DNA of 63,894 nucleotides, counting the filler, from Dirinaria sp. TL-2023a (Eukaryota), in assembly GCA_051941275.1 (NCBI GenBank). It is 22 parts of 22 records of this genome, joined end to end, with 100 filler letters (N's around TTAATTAATTAA, not from the genome) between each part and the next. Parts side by side here need not be neighbours in the genome. Positions count along the whole stretch, not along the records: positions 38,167 to 40,958 come from JAVEBF010002192.1; positions 41,059 to 43,846 come from JAVEBF010002193.1; positions 43,947 to 46,729 come from JAVEBF010002194.1; positions 46,830 to 49,602 come from JAVEBF010002195.1; positions 49,703 to 52,474 come from JAVEBF010002196.1; 17 more parts are not named here. One strand, given 5' to 3'. Below the pieces are notes generated by a model. The model searched no databases. It saw nothing but the letters and a program-made list of their open reading frames with translations, and was not told the origin of the DNA. Below, in pieces: positions 39,073-52,574 of the stretch (position 1 is the stretch's first letter; the number at the start of each line of letters is the position of its first letter). A program made the position numbers and the translations under genes.

Positions 39073-41717
39073 CTGGCTCTTATTACCTTATTACTCAATT
39101 GGTGGGCTCTGCCCAATGCGCAGCAAAAGGGGTCAAAGCAGCTGCTTTATTAGCTCGCTTGTAGCCGCATCGCCACTATGAAGGATGAAACCATCGTCCT
39201 GACAATAAGGCAGATTCGATAATAAAGTGGCAGCCGTAATGGCGTGCTCTGCTGATCGGTGACACTACTATCAACGACGGTAAGCTGTATCGCAGGATGA
39301 TCGCAGTAGTGACTTGGTGGCAAAGTATCTGCTGTTGCGTTGACGACTTCCGATCATCCAGCTTTATCTAATCCAACGGCTGTTGAAACCAGAAAGTGAA
39401 AACACCAGGGACCTTGATTGTGGCCTTGCATGACACTTTTCAAATCCTCAAGAGCTCTACAAATTCGGGTTTGGGACGTGATCGCATTAAGAGCTTTGAA
39501 TATCCAGCGTCCGGCATTGTTGACTATTGCATTCCCAGATGAGGGGTGTCGTGCCGTATTTTCGGGCTCAACTAGCGGTTGTTCGGATATGTTGTCATCA
39601 AACCTCAGCAGTTGGGACGAACTACTGTGAGATCTACTTATGATGCAGAATTCGAGGGCAATCGGCCATTTAGATAAGGGGTTTGTGCTTTAAAAACTTC
39701 CTAAGGTATGTTCACAACGAACTTTCAAAAATACTGGGATTCTACTGAATGTGCTACTTCCTCATCTTGAGTTTTTCAGACCGGATACGAATTTAAAAAT
39801 CACGTATCCCATATCATTTAGCAATTAGGTCATACTATCGTAAGTGCCGATTGTATGCACCAATCCTCACGATTCAGGTGGAGTAAAGACAGATCCGCTG
39901 TATCATTTGAATGGCTTCTTGTCATTATACGGCTTGGTTCTGGCTATGAGATAGGTGAAGAGAACGGGACAGCCTGAGCAATGATGCCTCCAGAAACCCA
40001 ATCCAAGCGACAGGAAAATAAGGGATATACTATGCTGCAGGTTTATGCAGTACATACACAGCAGCTTACTTTGGGTCTTGACCACTATTCAAGCAGCCCC
40101 CCCCCTCCAATCAACTGTGCATTTCCCTTCTCAAGCCCCTCCCAAGTCTCAGGATCCATATCTTCGAGAGCTAAATCATCCGCAGCAGGCAACTCTTTAT
40201 CCTCGCCCATCTGCCGATTGATTATTGGAATGTCAGCGCTCTTTCCCCGGAACTCAATCACCTTTCCGTTGAATCTCTTGGACGAGATGTCTCTGAGCCG
40301 CATGGCGACAATACTGATGCCCCTATAGTCTGTCTGCCTTGACATGCCATTTTCGGGTTTGGTTAACGGCAAAGCCTGCTTCAAGGCCACCAGCGCCATC
40401 AGCCGGAAGTACTAAGCCTTGGCTAGCGCAGGCAGCAGCGATGGCAGTTCCCAGCGGCGCTGCTTTTTGTACTGCGCAGTCTTCGTGAAATTCTGTGGAC
40501 GACTAGGCCAGCAGCGAGGCGCACAAGGGGACTTGGATTTCAGTTCTCACTGTGGACACAGTCATCCCGCTACTGCCACTCTAAAGTAACGTGTCCTGCT
40601 TAAGTTCAATCCCGGATATATCGAGCTGCAGCAATTTGATGTAACGCAAGTGCTGGTCTTGTTAGTTGAACCTCTTGTCAATCAATCTCTTCTTTCTAGG
40701 TCATGTCGAGTCCCCCAGGTTTCATCACAGCGGCATTATTGCGGACCTCATCTCGATTGATCAAAACGAGGTCGCTGAATCCTTCGAAGCACCGTCCTCT
40801 TATCGTACTGCAATGGCCCCGCAGGGGTAAAATCATCAGTCCGCACCTAGATGTTCTTGACTGCGGCGTTTCGAGCAAAAACCCCGCTCTATACAAAATT
40901 CAGAATCTCTGGAAGAAAAAAAAAAAAAAAAAAGGACCCCCCTCCTCCCCCAAAAATTNNNNNNNNNNNNNNNNNNNNNNNNNNNNNNNNNNNNNNNNNN
41001 NNTTAATTAATTAANNNNNNNNNNNNNNNNNNNNNNNNNNNNNNNNNNNNNNNNNNNNTTTGCATGATAGACGAAAGTACCTTCACTCAGAAAGCAATCA
41101 CCGTTTCACAAGTTGCTGTCTTCCCTCGCTATAGGCACATCCATGACTTGCTAGTGGCAGCGCTTATCATAGCAGCATCGACTCGGTTGACTTTCCGAAA
41201 TGGGACGGTGTTCCGTTTATTTTGATTACTTTGAATCGGAAGCCAAGGACGACGATCCGATGCTGCCCCTTCGCACCGGGATCAGAGGGACCATCAAGCG
41301 GAATATAGCGTGTAACTATGACTCAGGCAAGCCCCTGCTTCGAAATCCTAGGAAGCTATTTAAGGAATAGCGAGGTGGCCGTATGATCTGGAAGCTTTGA
41401 TAAAGAAGTTTAGCCAAAAGTTGTAGCTTGTACGGAGTCGCGAAATGGGGGATACGGTGTCCAGTTGAGTAAGCTTCAGAGTCTGGCTTTCAAAAGTGTT
41501 CACCATGGTGAGTCTGCTTCCACGATTGGACCAACCCACCTTGTAAAGTGTGAGCGTGGCAAAGTCCGCGGTGGTCTTGCCATTTCAAGGCCGATATGAT
41601 CAAGATCGGCTCCAATAGGTGGCCACTTACTGAATACTGAAGAGTGGTATCTATACATGCCATTAAAACCCCTTTCAAAGCTCAATGCCTAAGCGAAACT
41701 CCTTGTGAACCCAACGC

Positions 41718-43245
41718 CTATGCCCGCCAACCAGGTGCCGGAGGGGCTCCACTTCCATACTGTTGCTGTTGGCCATATGGGCTGTATTGAGGTTGCTGGT
41801 GGCCATATCCTTGGTCCGGAGGAGCACCGAAGCTTGGCTGGCCTGGGTAACCACCGGACGAAGGCTGTCCGCCGTATTGACCACCTTGCTGATTTGGGTG
41901 CGAGCTCATTGGTGGCGGCGGAGGACCATAGGAATCGTATCCGCCTGGCTGCTGGCCCGGATATGCAGGAGTATTATGCGGTGGCGGTGGGTAATGGCCC
42001 TGTTGTCCGTGGGATGGATACTGGTCGTACCCCGAGGGTTGCTGTTGGGGCGGATATGAAGGTGTCTGCTGTCCGTAGGGTGTATGGGAGGCTGTGTTGT
42101 CATATGGAGCACTCGGCGGGCCTGAAAATGAAGGCGGCTGTTGTTGATTGTGCTGTTGGCCAAAACTTTCGTAGGAGGTTGGGTTTGAGTGGCCATATGA
42201 TGGACCTTGAGAGGAAGGTCCATACGGAGAGGCATCATGATGAGTCTGGCCAGCACTGCTTGAACTTGAGTTGTAGCCTCCAGTGGTGGTATGTTGCACG
42301 GTCGACTGTTGGCCCGGTGGCTGATAAGCTACTGGTGGAGCTTCGCCAGAATAACCACTACTGTGCTGGCCGGTCGATGAGTAACCGTAGTTATTGCTCG
42401 AATTCTGTAAGTCTTAGTTGATATGTTCCCATAGCATAATCGATCCTTACATTAGAACCGTGATGGCCCCCGAGGAAGCCAGAGGCCATGCCCATCAAGC
42501 CACCTTGTCCGTGGCCACCAGATGAACCACCATAGCCGCCAAAGCTTCCTGGTGCTTGTCCTGACGACTGCTGATTGTGTGGCTTGTTGCCTCCCAGAAG
42601 GCCGCCAACGAGTTGCCCTGCGAGCCCACCGCTACCACCATGTCCACCGCTACCGCTTTGTGAGCCTTGCCCGCCTAAGAAAGATTGCGCGAATCCGCCT
42701 AGCCCAGATTGATTGTGGGGCTTGTTTTGCTTCCCTCCCATAGCGCTCGTTGCCAGATCCTGTACACACGTCAGTCACCGATGTCTGGGCATGATCGTGC
42801 GCGTACCGTTAGGAAACCTCTATCGGCACCTTCATATTCTTCACCTGGGCCGGCAATACCTCTGGTACCACCAGCGCCGTCGGACTCGGCCTTTGGATCA
42901 CCTGGCATCGGTGGCTGCTGGAAAGGGTGTGTGACTGGTTGCGGAGTTGGATCGGGTGTAGGAACTGAAGGTGCAGGTTGGGTAGGGATCTGTTTTTCAC
43001 GACTTAGACGATTTAGTTCGTTTCTATTGGAGGTTCTTTCATACGGCCCATTGCGAGTGACCTGTGGCTCGCTGGACGTAATAGTATTTGCGAGATTGGC
43101 CTTCCCACTGCGCAAGCCTGCAGTTCGAGTGAGTGAGCTAACATGAACCCGAGAGAATAATAGCTGATACTGACCAGCCTTCTGGGAGGGAAGGAGGCGC
43201 TTCCGAGGGACCTTCCTGATTCGCGGGCGTTGTTGGGCGAGTCAT
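41718..43245 (-). CDS. WW-domain protein with G/Q/P/Y-rich low-complexity tail (Wwm1-like), 5 exons
   Basis: Spliced MTRPTT...PPSLPEGW/LAQWEGQSRKYYYVQRATGHSQWA/IPT is a WW domain. Four GT-AG introns give a continuous frame to GWRA-stop. Confidence 0.85.
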
Positions 43246-44065
43246 CGAGGTGGAGGGACAAGGTAGGGTAAGCTTCAGGAATGAGGGACTGTAAGACTCA
43301 AGATGTACTATGTTTTTAAAGGATTCAATTGAAGCATAAGTCAGGAGTATCCTGACCTGATGAAATGGAAGTAATGGAAGTCATGGGAAGATGTGGCTGT
43401 GTGCTGCCTGCCCTAAGCAGCATCACGTGATACTTTATGCAGTAATGAATCTACTGTGCATGCGCCTCATATTCAGAGCTGAACGGCTATCTGTATGATT
43501 GTACAAACTTATACCCACTGGGAGCATTTTGTTCAAGTCTAGATTCTGCTAGTGTGAAATCAAGAGGCAAATGTAACAGTGAGCTTGGAATGGAGCAAAC
43601 AGTCGCAAAGATTCAGCTCGCTTTTCATGATACTGCAAACACAAACAAAATTCCAGCAGTTTGTCAAAGCTGCAGGGACATTGTCAAGGCCTACCATACC
43701 AATGCATCAGCCTAAGCTTGCATGACTTTTCTGATGGCTTCATCAACCGCGGCTGTTCGACCAACAATTTGACAAGGAACACGACCTGGGCGACTAAAAG
43801 TCTCCCCCTCCACCATCATCTCCGCCAAAATCACCCCCATCATCCCNNNNNNNNNNNNNNNNNNNNNNNNNNNNNNNNNNNNNNNNNNNNTTAATTAATT
43901 AANNNNNNNNNNNNNNNNNNNNNNNNNNNNNNNNNNNNNNNNNNNNCGGAGGAGGCGACCGAACATGAGGCAAATTCCTGATTCGCTGGGGATCCCAGCG
44001 CCGCTTTCTTGTGTAAATTTAAACTCAGTCAAACGAAACAATGAGAATTTAGTCTTGTCAGCAAC

Positions 44066-44680
44066 TTACGGTTTGCGTTTCGGATGAGACTCTTCGTGGT
44101 ATGGATCGTTGGCCTCCCGTCTGAGTTGTGCTTTTCGGTTCTTGGCAGCTTCTCTCATTTTCCCCTCCAACCTTGCCCTCTGGTCATTCTGAATAAGCAA
44201 TTCAGGAAAATCTCTGCCGCAACTATTGCGGGGATGGGTACACGGTTGGGAAGTGAGCAAGCCTTTACAGGTTGGCTGGACGTGGTATACCATTTTGTTA
44301 AGGGCGTGGTTGAAATGATGCCCGCTCTGCACGCATATCCTCTAAAAAAAATCAGGTCATCGAAATCAACAGAGTCCTCAACGCTACAAGTACTTACATC
44401 TCTGTCACGAAAATCCGAGCAGATTGGCAGACGTCCCGCGCAGTCAGGATTGGTTCTTGGACACAATTGGCCCCGTAGATTGTGCGGACACACCAAGGTC
44501 AGTATTAGTTCATACGTTAACTCCTCTTCTTTGTGGTTCCCATCGTCGCGAATAACTTCTTCAAGATCTGCTAGTTGGAGAGTTGGGGAGGACGGACTGA
44601 AGGTTGGATCTCCAGCCGGATCGGCACAGAGCACTTACATTCTGGGCGGCTGAGTGGGTTGGGGCGCGAGAGTTTCTGGC
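44066..44680 (-). CDS. Hypothetical protein 3' part with Cys/His clusters (CCCH-like)
   Basis: VCPHNLRGQLCPRTNPDCAGRLPICSDF, a GTAAGT..TAG intron, then ICVQ...HVQPTCKGLLTSQPCTHPRNSC. Confidence 0.4.
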
Positions 44681-44915
44681 ATGGAGTGTTCCTTAGAGTC
44701 GGTGAAGCGTTTAGTGAGCTCCAGGCGATGTCCTGTACCCCAGGCAGAGTTTGTTCGATTCGTCCAGGGAGACTGGAGATCGAGCTGCTGCTCAAGTGGG
44801 CTCCAGGTGGCAGGTGTGCGGTTCCCAGTTCGGTACAGACTTGCGTTGTGAGCGGTTGCATAGATGAGGGCATAAGCCGGGCGCAAGAGAGTTGGTATCA
44901 TTCGATTGACGTCCA

Positions 44916-45960
44916 TGGGACAGGCGTTTGGGGCTCTGGAGACCAAGTGTCCGAATCTTTAGCCTCTAGAGTGCTCGTAGAAGCGATCACATACCTAGGG
45001 TCATGGAACGACAGTTTCGAACGTGCATCCAAGTGGGGTCGCGGGCATCGAGAGATTTCCCCTAGCCCGTTTGGCCTTATAGAGAGCGCTTGTGTTCGGG
45101 GCGGCTGCGTGAACGAAAGCGCGAGGGTATCTGACAGCGAATGCTTGTGAGTTGACTGTTCGGATGGAGCGTGGGACAGACTTTTGGGGTCCTGGCTATA
45201 AAGTGACCGAATCGTTAGTCTGGGGAGTGTTCGTAGAAGAGATCACATACCCATGGGTCATGGCACGACGGTTTCCAATGTGTAACCGAAGTGGCGTCTC
45301 GGGCATCGAGAGACTTCTAGCTCTTCTGGCACTGTAGAAAGCACTTGTGCATCCGACGACTGAGTGGACGAAAGCGCGAGGGTTTCTGACAGCGAATGTT
45401 TGTGGGGATGGAGCTCGTGAGAGAGGCGTCTGGGTCCCTGATGATCAAGTTTCTGAATCATTAGCCTGGAGGATGGAGAGTGCTTATAGAGGCGACTACT
45501 TACCTATGGGCCATGGCCGATGGCTTCAAATGTTCACTCCAGGTGGCATCACCGGCATCCAAACATTTCCTCCCCGCTAGACATTGCAGAGAGTGCTTGT
45601 GATCCGGGCGGCTGCGTGGAAGAAAGCGTGAGCGTATCTGACAGCGAGTGCTTGTGGGTTGACTGTTCGGATGGAGATGTGGGACAGGCGTTTGGGGTCC
45701 TGATGGCCAAGTGTCTGAATCTTAGCCTGAAAAATGGAGAATTCTTGTAGAAACGACCACTTGCTTATGTAGAATCGCACGACAGCTTCAAATGTGTACC
45801 CGAGGTGGCGTTGTGGGCATCAAGAGACTTCTCCTCAGTCCTTCCGGCACTTGTGTAGAGCGCTTGTGTTTCCAACGGCTGCGTGAACAAGAGCTTAGGG
45901 TGTCTCTAGCAGGAAGTGCTTGAAGGTGACTGCTAGGTTGGAGCTCGTTGAAGAGGTGCC
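44916..45960 (-). repeat. Four diverged tandem units of about 250-260 bp, each with an intron-like segment on the minus strand
   Basis: A TGGGACAGGCGTTTGGGG-like anchor recurs at about 44916, 45172, 45417 and 45680. Other blocks (GGGCATCGAGAGA, TCTGACAGCGA) also recur. Confidence 0.9.
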
Positions 45961-46829
45961 CGCGATGAGGCTTTGGAGGTCGAGTGCCTGCATGTACTGT
46001 AGTTAGTCTTGAGACAGTGTTAGTGGAGAGTACTTACGTGGTGAACGAGTGCGTGGCTGGACGCGACGCTATCTGTCAAGTGGTACTCATCTGTCGGCGA
46101 GTGTGTCCTTTCGAGTCTCGGCTCAGTGTTCGTGTCCTTGTCTAGGAGTGTGGCTGCTCGATAAGACGTGTGCAAATGGATCTGCTTGAGTGAATTCCTT
46201 CGAAGAGGGCCTGGTGGCGAGTTTCTGATGGTGCTTGGTGCGGGGTACAACGAGTACGCGCCGGGCCTGGCGACGATTGTCTGACGATGCTTACTGAGGT
46301 ACTAGTACGTAGAGAGAGCATGCTTGTGAGTGGATATCGACCTGGGTGGTAGCGGATGCAGCTAGCTCGTAGACTGAGCTTCGAAGGATTGTGGGCTGGG
46401 AGCGATTGATAGTCAATTCGGAATCGACACTGTACACAGCATCTGATGGCCTGGGGACTCTCTGCTCGTTCGATAGCTCCTCAGTGAAGCCACGCCGTCT
46501 ATCAGAGTGTGAGAGAGTAGAGGAGTTGGGGGGATAGTGGTTGACGAGGTGAGAAGTCTGCCGGGAGGATGTGTTCGTCCGCATGGAGACTTAGGCCATC
46601 AGCTACGCGATATCAGCAGCAACCATTAGCCGAAACACGCAATCCCAATGCTTGGAGCGAGCAAACATGTACCTTCATATGCCAGGACATTCTCATGCGA
46701 CAATGCAATCCAGACTCCTTCCAGAGCCTNNNNNNNNNNNNNNNNNNNNNNNNNNNNNNNNNNNNNNNNNNNNTTAATTAATTAANNNNNNNNNNNNNNN
46801 NNNNNNNNNNNNNNNNNNNNNNNNNNNNN

Positions 46830-47182
46830 GATCCCGACTAGGAAGATCAGGAAGCCCTGAAGTGTACCTATCCACGAGATTGCTGAAGCCGTTTCGTGTG
46901 AGAGGAGACTGGTAGAGTAGTAGGCTTGGTAGACACCAAACGCATTGATAACACCCCTAGGCATATGTCAGTCGTCTAGTCACCCTCACCGTGCATCGCG
47001 AATGCAATTCACGTCTCTGGAGATTGGGACTACTACCATGAGTTGAAGAATAGAAGATGGGCACCTAGGACTTGCAGATATGCATGAAATCCGCCGTCCG
47101 GTATTTCGGACTGAGGGGCTCGGGGAGGAGACTTTTCTTCCAAGGCTTTTTCGTGACTGGTAGGTAGTGACGTTGATGACAT
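46830..47182 (-). CDS. MFS monocarboxylate-porter (Mch-like) transporter, 5' fragment
   Basis: MSSTS...IPDGGFHAYLQVLGAHLLFFNSW/GVINAFGVYQAYY...SAISWIGTLQGFL. Confidence 0.9.
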
Positions 47183-49575
47183 TGTTGGATACCTTAGTTG
47201 ACACCGAGTTGCGTCACAGATTGGAATGTTCAGTTCGTGAGGTCAAAGAGACGGCATATTCCCGGAGCGTTTTCATCAAGGATTTTGCAGCACAATCATG
47301 TCGCATGCAGAGCGTCACGGAATGATTGCGCTGAACCATTCGAACTTTTCATCAGGGAAACCCATGGTCAGGAGGAGCTGCATGATTGTTCAAGTAGGCA
47401 AGTCAGGTAGGCAACAATTGAGGCAGCCACAGTGGGTTTGATGGGAGTTGCGTGGTATTCACGAGTATAGGTGACTGCATGCTCGGTGGAATGCCTGCGT
47501 GCAGCACTGATGCACATTACTGGCTGCTCTGATAAAGTTGGGTATGGATGGGTCCATTACATTATCTTATGTATGAAGGTACCTTATGAGGTACGGAAGA
47601 CGACACCATAAGGTAAGTCCTGGCTAGCCTCATGTACGCCAAGACTGGTCGTTCAGGTGACGAAAGTTGCTCTTTGGTGACCACTACTACCTCTTAGGTA
47701 GCAAGTTGATATGTCCAGGCGATAATCTCGGGTGGTCTCCCAGGCGACTTTCAGTTGACCCCACCTATAGCATTGACCGCGCTAGCCAGGACTGATGGCG
47801 TTGTCCTCCGTACTCAGATTGATCTTGTTCTACAATAATGATAAATGATGGTGTGTAGGACGGAGCGACACAAGATTCAATTCCGAGCTTCTGCTTATGC
47901 ACAAGCATTCAATCCTCTCCTTTCTTGTTGCCGCTGCCTCATCATTACATGAATCACATTATCGCTAATACACATACGATCTTACTGGACACTCTCGTGT
48001 AAAGATAATCCACGGATATGTCCGCGTGCCGAAGACCGTCAGGCGTGCCTGCAGCCTTGCTCCCGAGTGTGACTTGATCATGCTACTATTGATCTGCAGC
48101 CAGTCGCGTCTGTTATGCCCAATAAGCATGACTGCGTGCTGGCGGGGTCGAGGTACATGTTACATGCTGTAGTACAAATCAAGTACCATGACAGTTAAGC
48201 CGGAAAAGCGCTGTGGTCTGAATACTGTGACGAATGAAATCTCCGGGATAGTCATACACTCAGACTTTCGTCCATTGATTCCTTATAGAATGGAAAGACA
48301 AGAGCCAGCTTCTATGCAAGCGGAAACAGACATTTACTTTGGCTTGATTCCCCTTCTCTCGCTTTCTGGACCGCTTTCTTCAAAGCCGGCTCATCTGGTG
48401 CTTCAACGCTCTATGGTACCGTATCCATAGATGCATTGCCAAATGCCCATCACTGGGCTCTGCTTTCATCCAACTACGAAGGACGGATTGCTCGTGGTCC
48501 GTCTTAGCTCCCGTTGTCTCTGACTGGCGAAACGCTTTTCAATGTAGTGGGTCGGAGAAAATCGAGCTGCTGGCTGATGACTACCTCTGTTCTGGTCCGA
48601 GACCACCAAGGCAGCCGTAGGAGACACATCATTTTGGAAAGCCATGGAGAACTCCAATATCCGAGAGATCTACCGTGCAGCAAAGTTGGGCTAGGAGAAA
48701 GCGACCAATACGGCGCTCTTTCTTTCTCAGTTTTTTTAATTCAGCTGAAGAGCGAAGACAACGATATGATTCACTGGGTAGCGATGGCTCAAAGTGAGGT
48801 CACAATGCCGCAGCCTTACGGCATTGTCTTTGAGATTGTAAAATTGAAGACACGGTACAAAATCAAGCTAGGAAACAGCAGAGGGGTTTTGATGCGGATA
48901 GAGCGAAGACGGTGGTAGATGAGTTAGAACAGACTGTGAAAGCTGTGGTTGAGGAGAGAAATGGAAATAAGAATTTTCATCAGTGGCTTAAAGGAGAGGA
49001 TGTGTAAAGCGTAGACAGAGCGTAAGTAGCGCGTAAGTCTGTCCAAAAGCAGCACTGTTAAGAGGCATTCTTAAGGGTAGAGTTTGACCCCAGAGCACTT
49101 GCTTTCCTATTTTCCTGGATATTGTCATTGCCACCACGGGTAGCAATTGAGCACTGCTTCCTCCATCAAAATCGTGCCAGAAATGATCACAATTGCAATT
49201 GTCAATTTTCCAACGCAGGGTTCTGCATATATACCCAGACGCGGACGGAAACAGCAGGGTACGCCCATATAATTTTGGTAGGGTTGGTCTATGAGAAAAA
49301 AAATCTTCGTACAGACACGATCACGGCTATTCTTCTGAAGCCAATTATTGAACAAAGTATGATCGAAGTGATGGATGAAAACACGCTATACCGCATTCAG
49401 TACACCACCCAAATCTGGCACCTTAAGCGAGGCCACAAGCCCGCTCCGCCAGTACCTTTTAACCTCCAAACCCAAACCTCTCAAACCACAACCACCACAA
49501 CCCAAAAACCCCCTTCGAATCCACCAATCCACCCCACACAAAAACCTTCCCCTCACCAAAAAACCATAAAAAAAA

Positions 49576-49602
49576 ATGGAAAACGACAAAGGCGAGCTCG
49601 TA
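49576..49602 (+). CDS. RPS21: 40S ribosomal protein S21 (eS21), first 9 codons
   Basis: MENDKGELV is the conserved eS21 N-terminus and has an A-rich start context. It is truncated by the linker. Confidence 0.8.
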
Positions 49603-49901
49603 NNNNNNNNNNNNNNNNNNNNNNNNNNNNNNNNNNNNNNNNNNNNTTAATTAATTAANNNNNNNNNNNNNNNNNNNNNNNNNNNNNNNNNNNNNNNNNN
49701 NNCTATTCACCGCCGCAAAGTGTCTCGCTTCGAGCTTTCTCGATCCGAACCTTCCTGCATCTCCCGCATGCTTGAGGACACCGACTTTTCCTCGGGAACA
49801 TGATCACCGCTGCATCTCTCCAACAGCATCAGACTTGTACTTAAACACACTCACGGGCCGCGATCGAGGCCCCCTTGGACATCGTCCGTGCATATCTGCC
49901 A

Positions 49902-51316
49902 ATGTCAAGCGATCCAAACAACCAGGGACAGTATCCGCCTCCACAGTGGGAGAACCATCCACAGCGGGGCGCATATCCAATCGCACAGCAGGCATTGAAT
50001 TATCGGGTATGACGAGAGCTGCAGTACTTCCGATGATCTCGGAGAACCTCTTCAAGCTGACAGCGTGACCAGCAACCACCGCCCTCGTCACAGCCCTACC
50101 CCAATCCTCCAGGTCCAACAGCAGGCGAAATGGTGACTCTACCGCCGCCCGGACATCAGCAGCAAGACTTCTACCGCCACCCTCCTCCATATGACATGTA
50201 TGCCGGCCACGGACCGGACATGCGAGGGCCTCCCCCGCAGCACATGTATCAAAACCAGCCTGCTCCGCGGCAGAGGACGGCCATTGCTTGCCGGTATTGC
50301 CGCCGACGCAAAGTCAGTAGTGAACACACCACGTATCCCGCGATTCCAGGAGTGCTGACACTGACCAGATCCGCTGTTCGGGATTCGAGGCATCAGAGGA
50401 CGGGCGTTGCACTAATTGCCAACGGTTCCAGCAAGAATGCATCTTCACACCGGTCTCGTCCCAGGCGCAGGCATTTGTTCCGGCCCACACTGCGTATCCA
50501 CATCTACGAAACGCGGGTCCAATGCAACCCCAGAGGGGCGGGCGGGCCTTATACCCTCAGCCGGGTCAAACGCCCATCTACGGGGCCCATGGGCAACCTC
50601 TCGGCACGTTACCACCTCAAGGGGTAGATCCGTATCAACCGCCGCCACCGCAAGGGTACCCAATGCAGCAACCGCCAGGTCCGTATCCGCAGGGACAAGT
50701 CTACGATGATCGAGGTGCACCGCAGCCTCCGCACCCCAATAAACAAGTGAGTCGCAAGCGTCCCCGCACCTACGAACCTCATCCTGCCGTCCCCCCACCC
50801 CATCCGCCTCATACACCGTCCTCACAAGCAAACCAGGGACGCCCTTCGGCTCCAGGTGGTCGTCGTGGCTCGGGTGGAACCGGTGGCTACGAGTACCCCG
50901 ACCCGACTGGGCTTGTGCCGGTATCTCCAGCATCGTCTACCACCTCGTATCCGCCTGCGCCGTACCCGCAACAGCAACCATACTACCCTACTCAGCCACC
51001 ACCATCGGCCCGTCGGTCTTCACCGCAGTCATCATACTCGTATGAAGCGCGAGCGTCTGGGTCCCCTCACGGGAGTACGTCCTCGTCATCTGCTCCCGCC
51101 CATAGTTATGCCGGCGGCTTACACCCACCGCAGGTGCTGCCGGACCGAACCGGGCGTACACCCCCTCCGCAACAGAGAGACGGGAGCAATAACGGTAGCG
51201 CCCAGCGAGGGGGCATGGCTGTCCGAGATCTGCTCGGACCGGGCAACGAGAACCAGGGCGGAAGGTCGAACACGGATAGCGATATGCTGAAGGCATTAAA
51301 TAAGCGAGGGATGTGA
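49902..51316 (+). CDS. Zn(II)2Cys6 transcription factor, probably McrA-like (3 exons)
   Basis: RQRTAIACRYCRRRK/IRCSGFEASEDGRCTNCQRFQQECIF. Introns at 50007-50072 and about 50313-50369. The remainder is P/Q/Y-rich. Confidence 0.88.
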
Positions 51317-52574
51317 AGAGGGCTGCGTCCGCTTCTTAGTAGGCGCGATGAAGCTTGTTCGGCTGGCTGGACCACATCCCCCCCCTTTTTTTGTTTGTTT
51401 TTCTTTTTGTTCTTTGGTCGACCGGTCATGGACGGCATCTCGACCTTTGCAAATCTGCGTTCTATCCATGGCCCATGTCTTTTTCTGGCAGTCAACGATA
51501 TCCCGGCTCGGGCGGCGCTCTGATTTTTACAGCTTGCATCCACAGCGACTCAGCGTATGCTTGCTTTCTGGAGCGATCTGCTTTTTTTTTTTTTTTTCCC
51601 CGTCTGTATTCGTGTTCGATTCCTGTTTTCCACTCCCCTTAAGTTTTCCCTTAACTCACACTCGCTTCCCATTTCATCGACTACAAACAACGGAATTCAT
51701 TACAGGAACACATGGCGGTTGATTCTGCAGTTGGTCGGTCGGTTGGTCGGTTGGTCGGAGGCAGCTCTGAAAGAGGAGGAGAGAGGCCTTGTGTACTTGT
51801 ACCTCGGGCATATCATAAAGGCGGGCACAAAGAGGCTGCAATCTGCATGCGATGGGATGGGTTGGCCGTATTTTTGAAAGCATACGAGTTTGCGACAGGG
51901 CAAGGGGCAAGAAAGGAATGGAAAGAATGGCTTGAGGGCAGAAGGCTGGGTTCCTGGCGATGAAAGAATAGTGAAGAACATAAATTAATTAATCCAAAGT
52001 CGTCTGCAGCATCCCCTTTCCCCCCACCTTCAGTCCACTATTTTTGCAGATGAGATCGCTTCGGTCGAAAGGAGGCGTATCTACCTCACCTACCTTACCT
52101 TACCTAGTTCAATTCCGAAACCAGCAGTGATAACCATAATCATACCAACCACGCCCGGAACCCCCCAAAAGATTTAATAATTTTGGTTATTAGGAGATCC
52201 TTTTGGAAAACAAAAATCAGAAATTAATAAGAATTATCTTTCCTTAGGAGGGCAAAAAAAAAGAAAAGAAAAAAACCAAGGCAAATCCTCCCTCCCGACC
52301 ACAATTATCAACTCCAGCCCCTCCAAACCTCCAACAAAACGAAACAAAACATAATGTACATCCAATAGTCCGGCAGATCCAGCACCGCAAAAAAAAAAAA
52401 AAAAAAGTCTACACAATCCTAATATCGAAAAAATCGATTCCCATTATCTCTCACTGATGTATACTGTACTTGAANNNNNNNNNNNNNNNNNNNNNNNNNN
52501 NNNNNNNNNNNNNNNNNNTTAATTAATTAANNNNNNNNNNNNNNNNNNNNNNNNNNNNNNNNNNNNNNNNNNNN

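Noticed and set aside
38167..43245. PPPY protein next to a WW-domain protein as a ligand-receptor gene pair
   Set aside because: They are on different contigs, placed together only by length sorting.
45430..45460. Hammerhead ribozyme in the tandem repeats (CTGATGA...GAA)
   Set aside because: The core is not conserved in other units, and there is no GAAA or stem II. The motif is the reverse complement of the intron acceptor.
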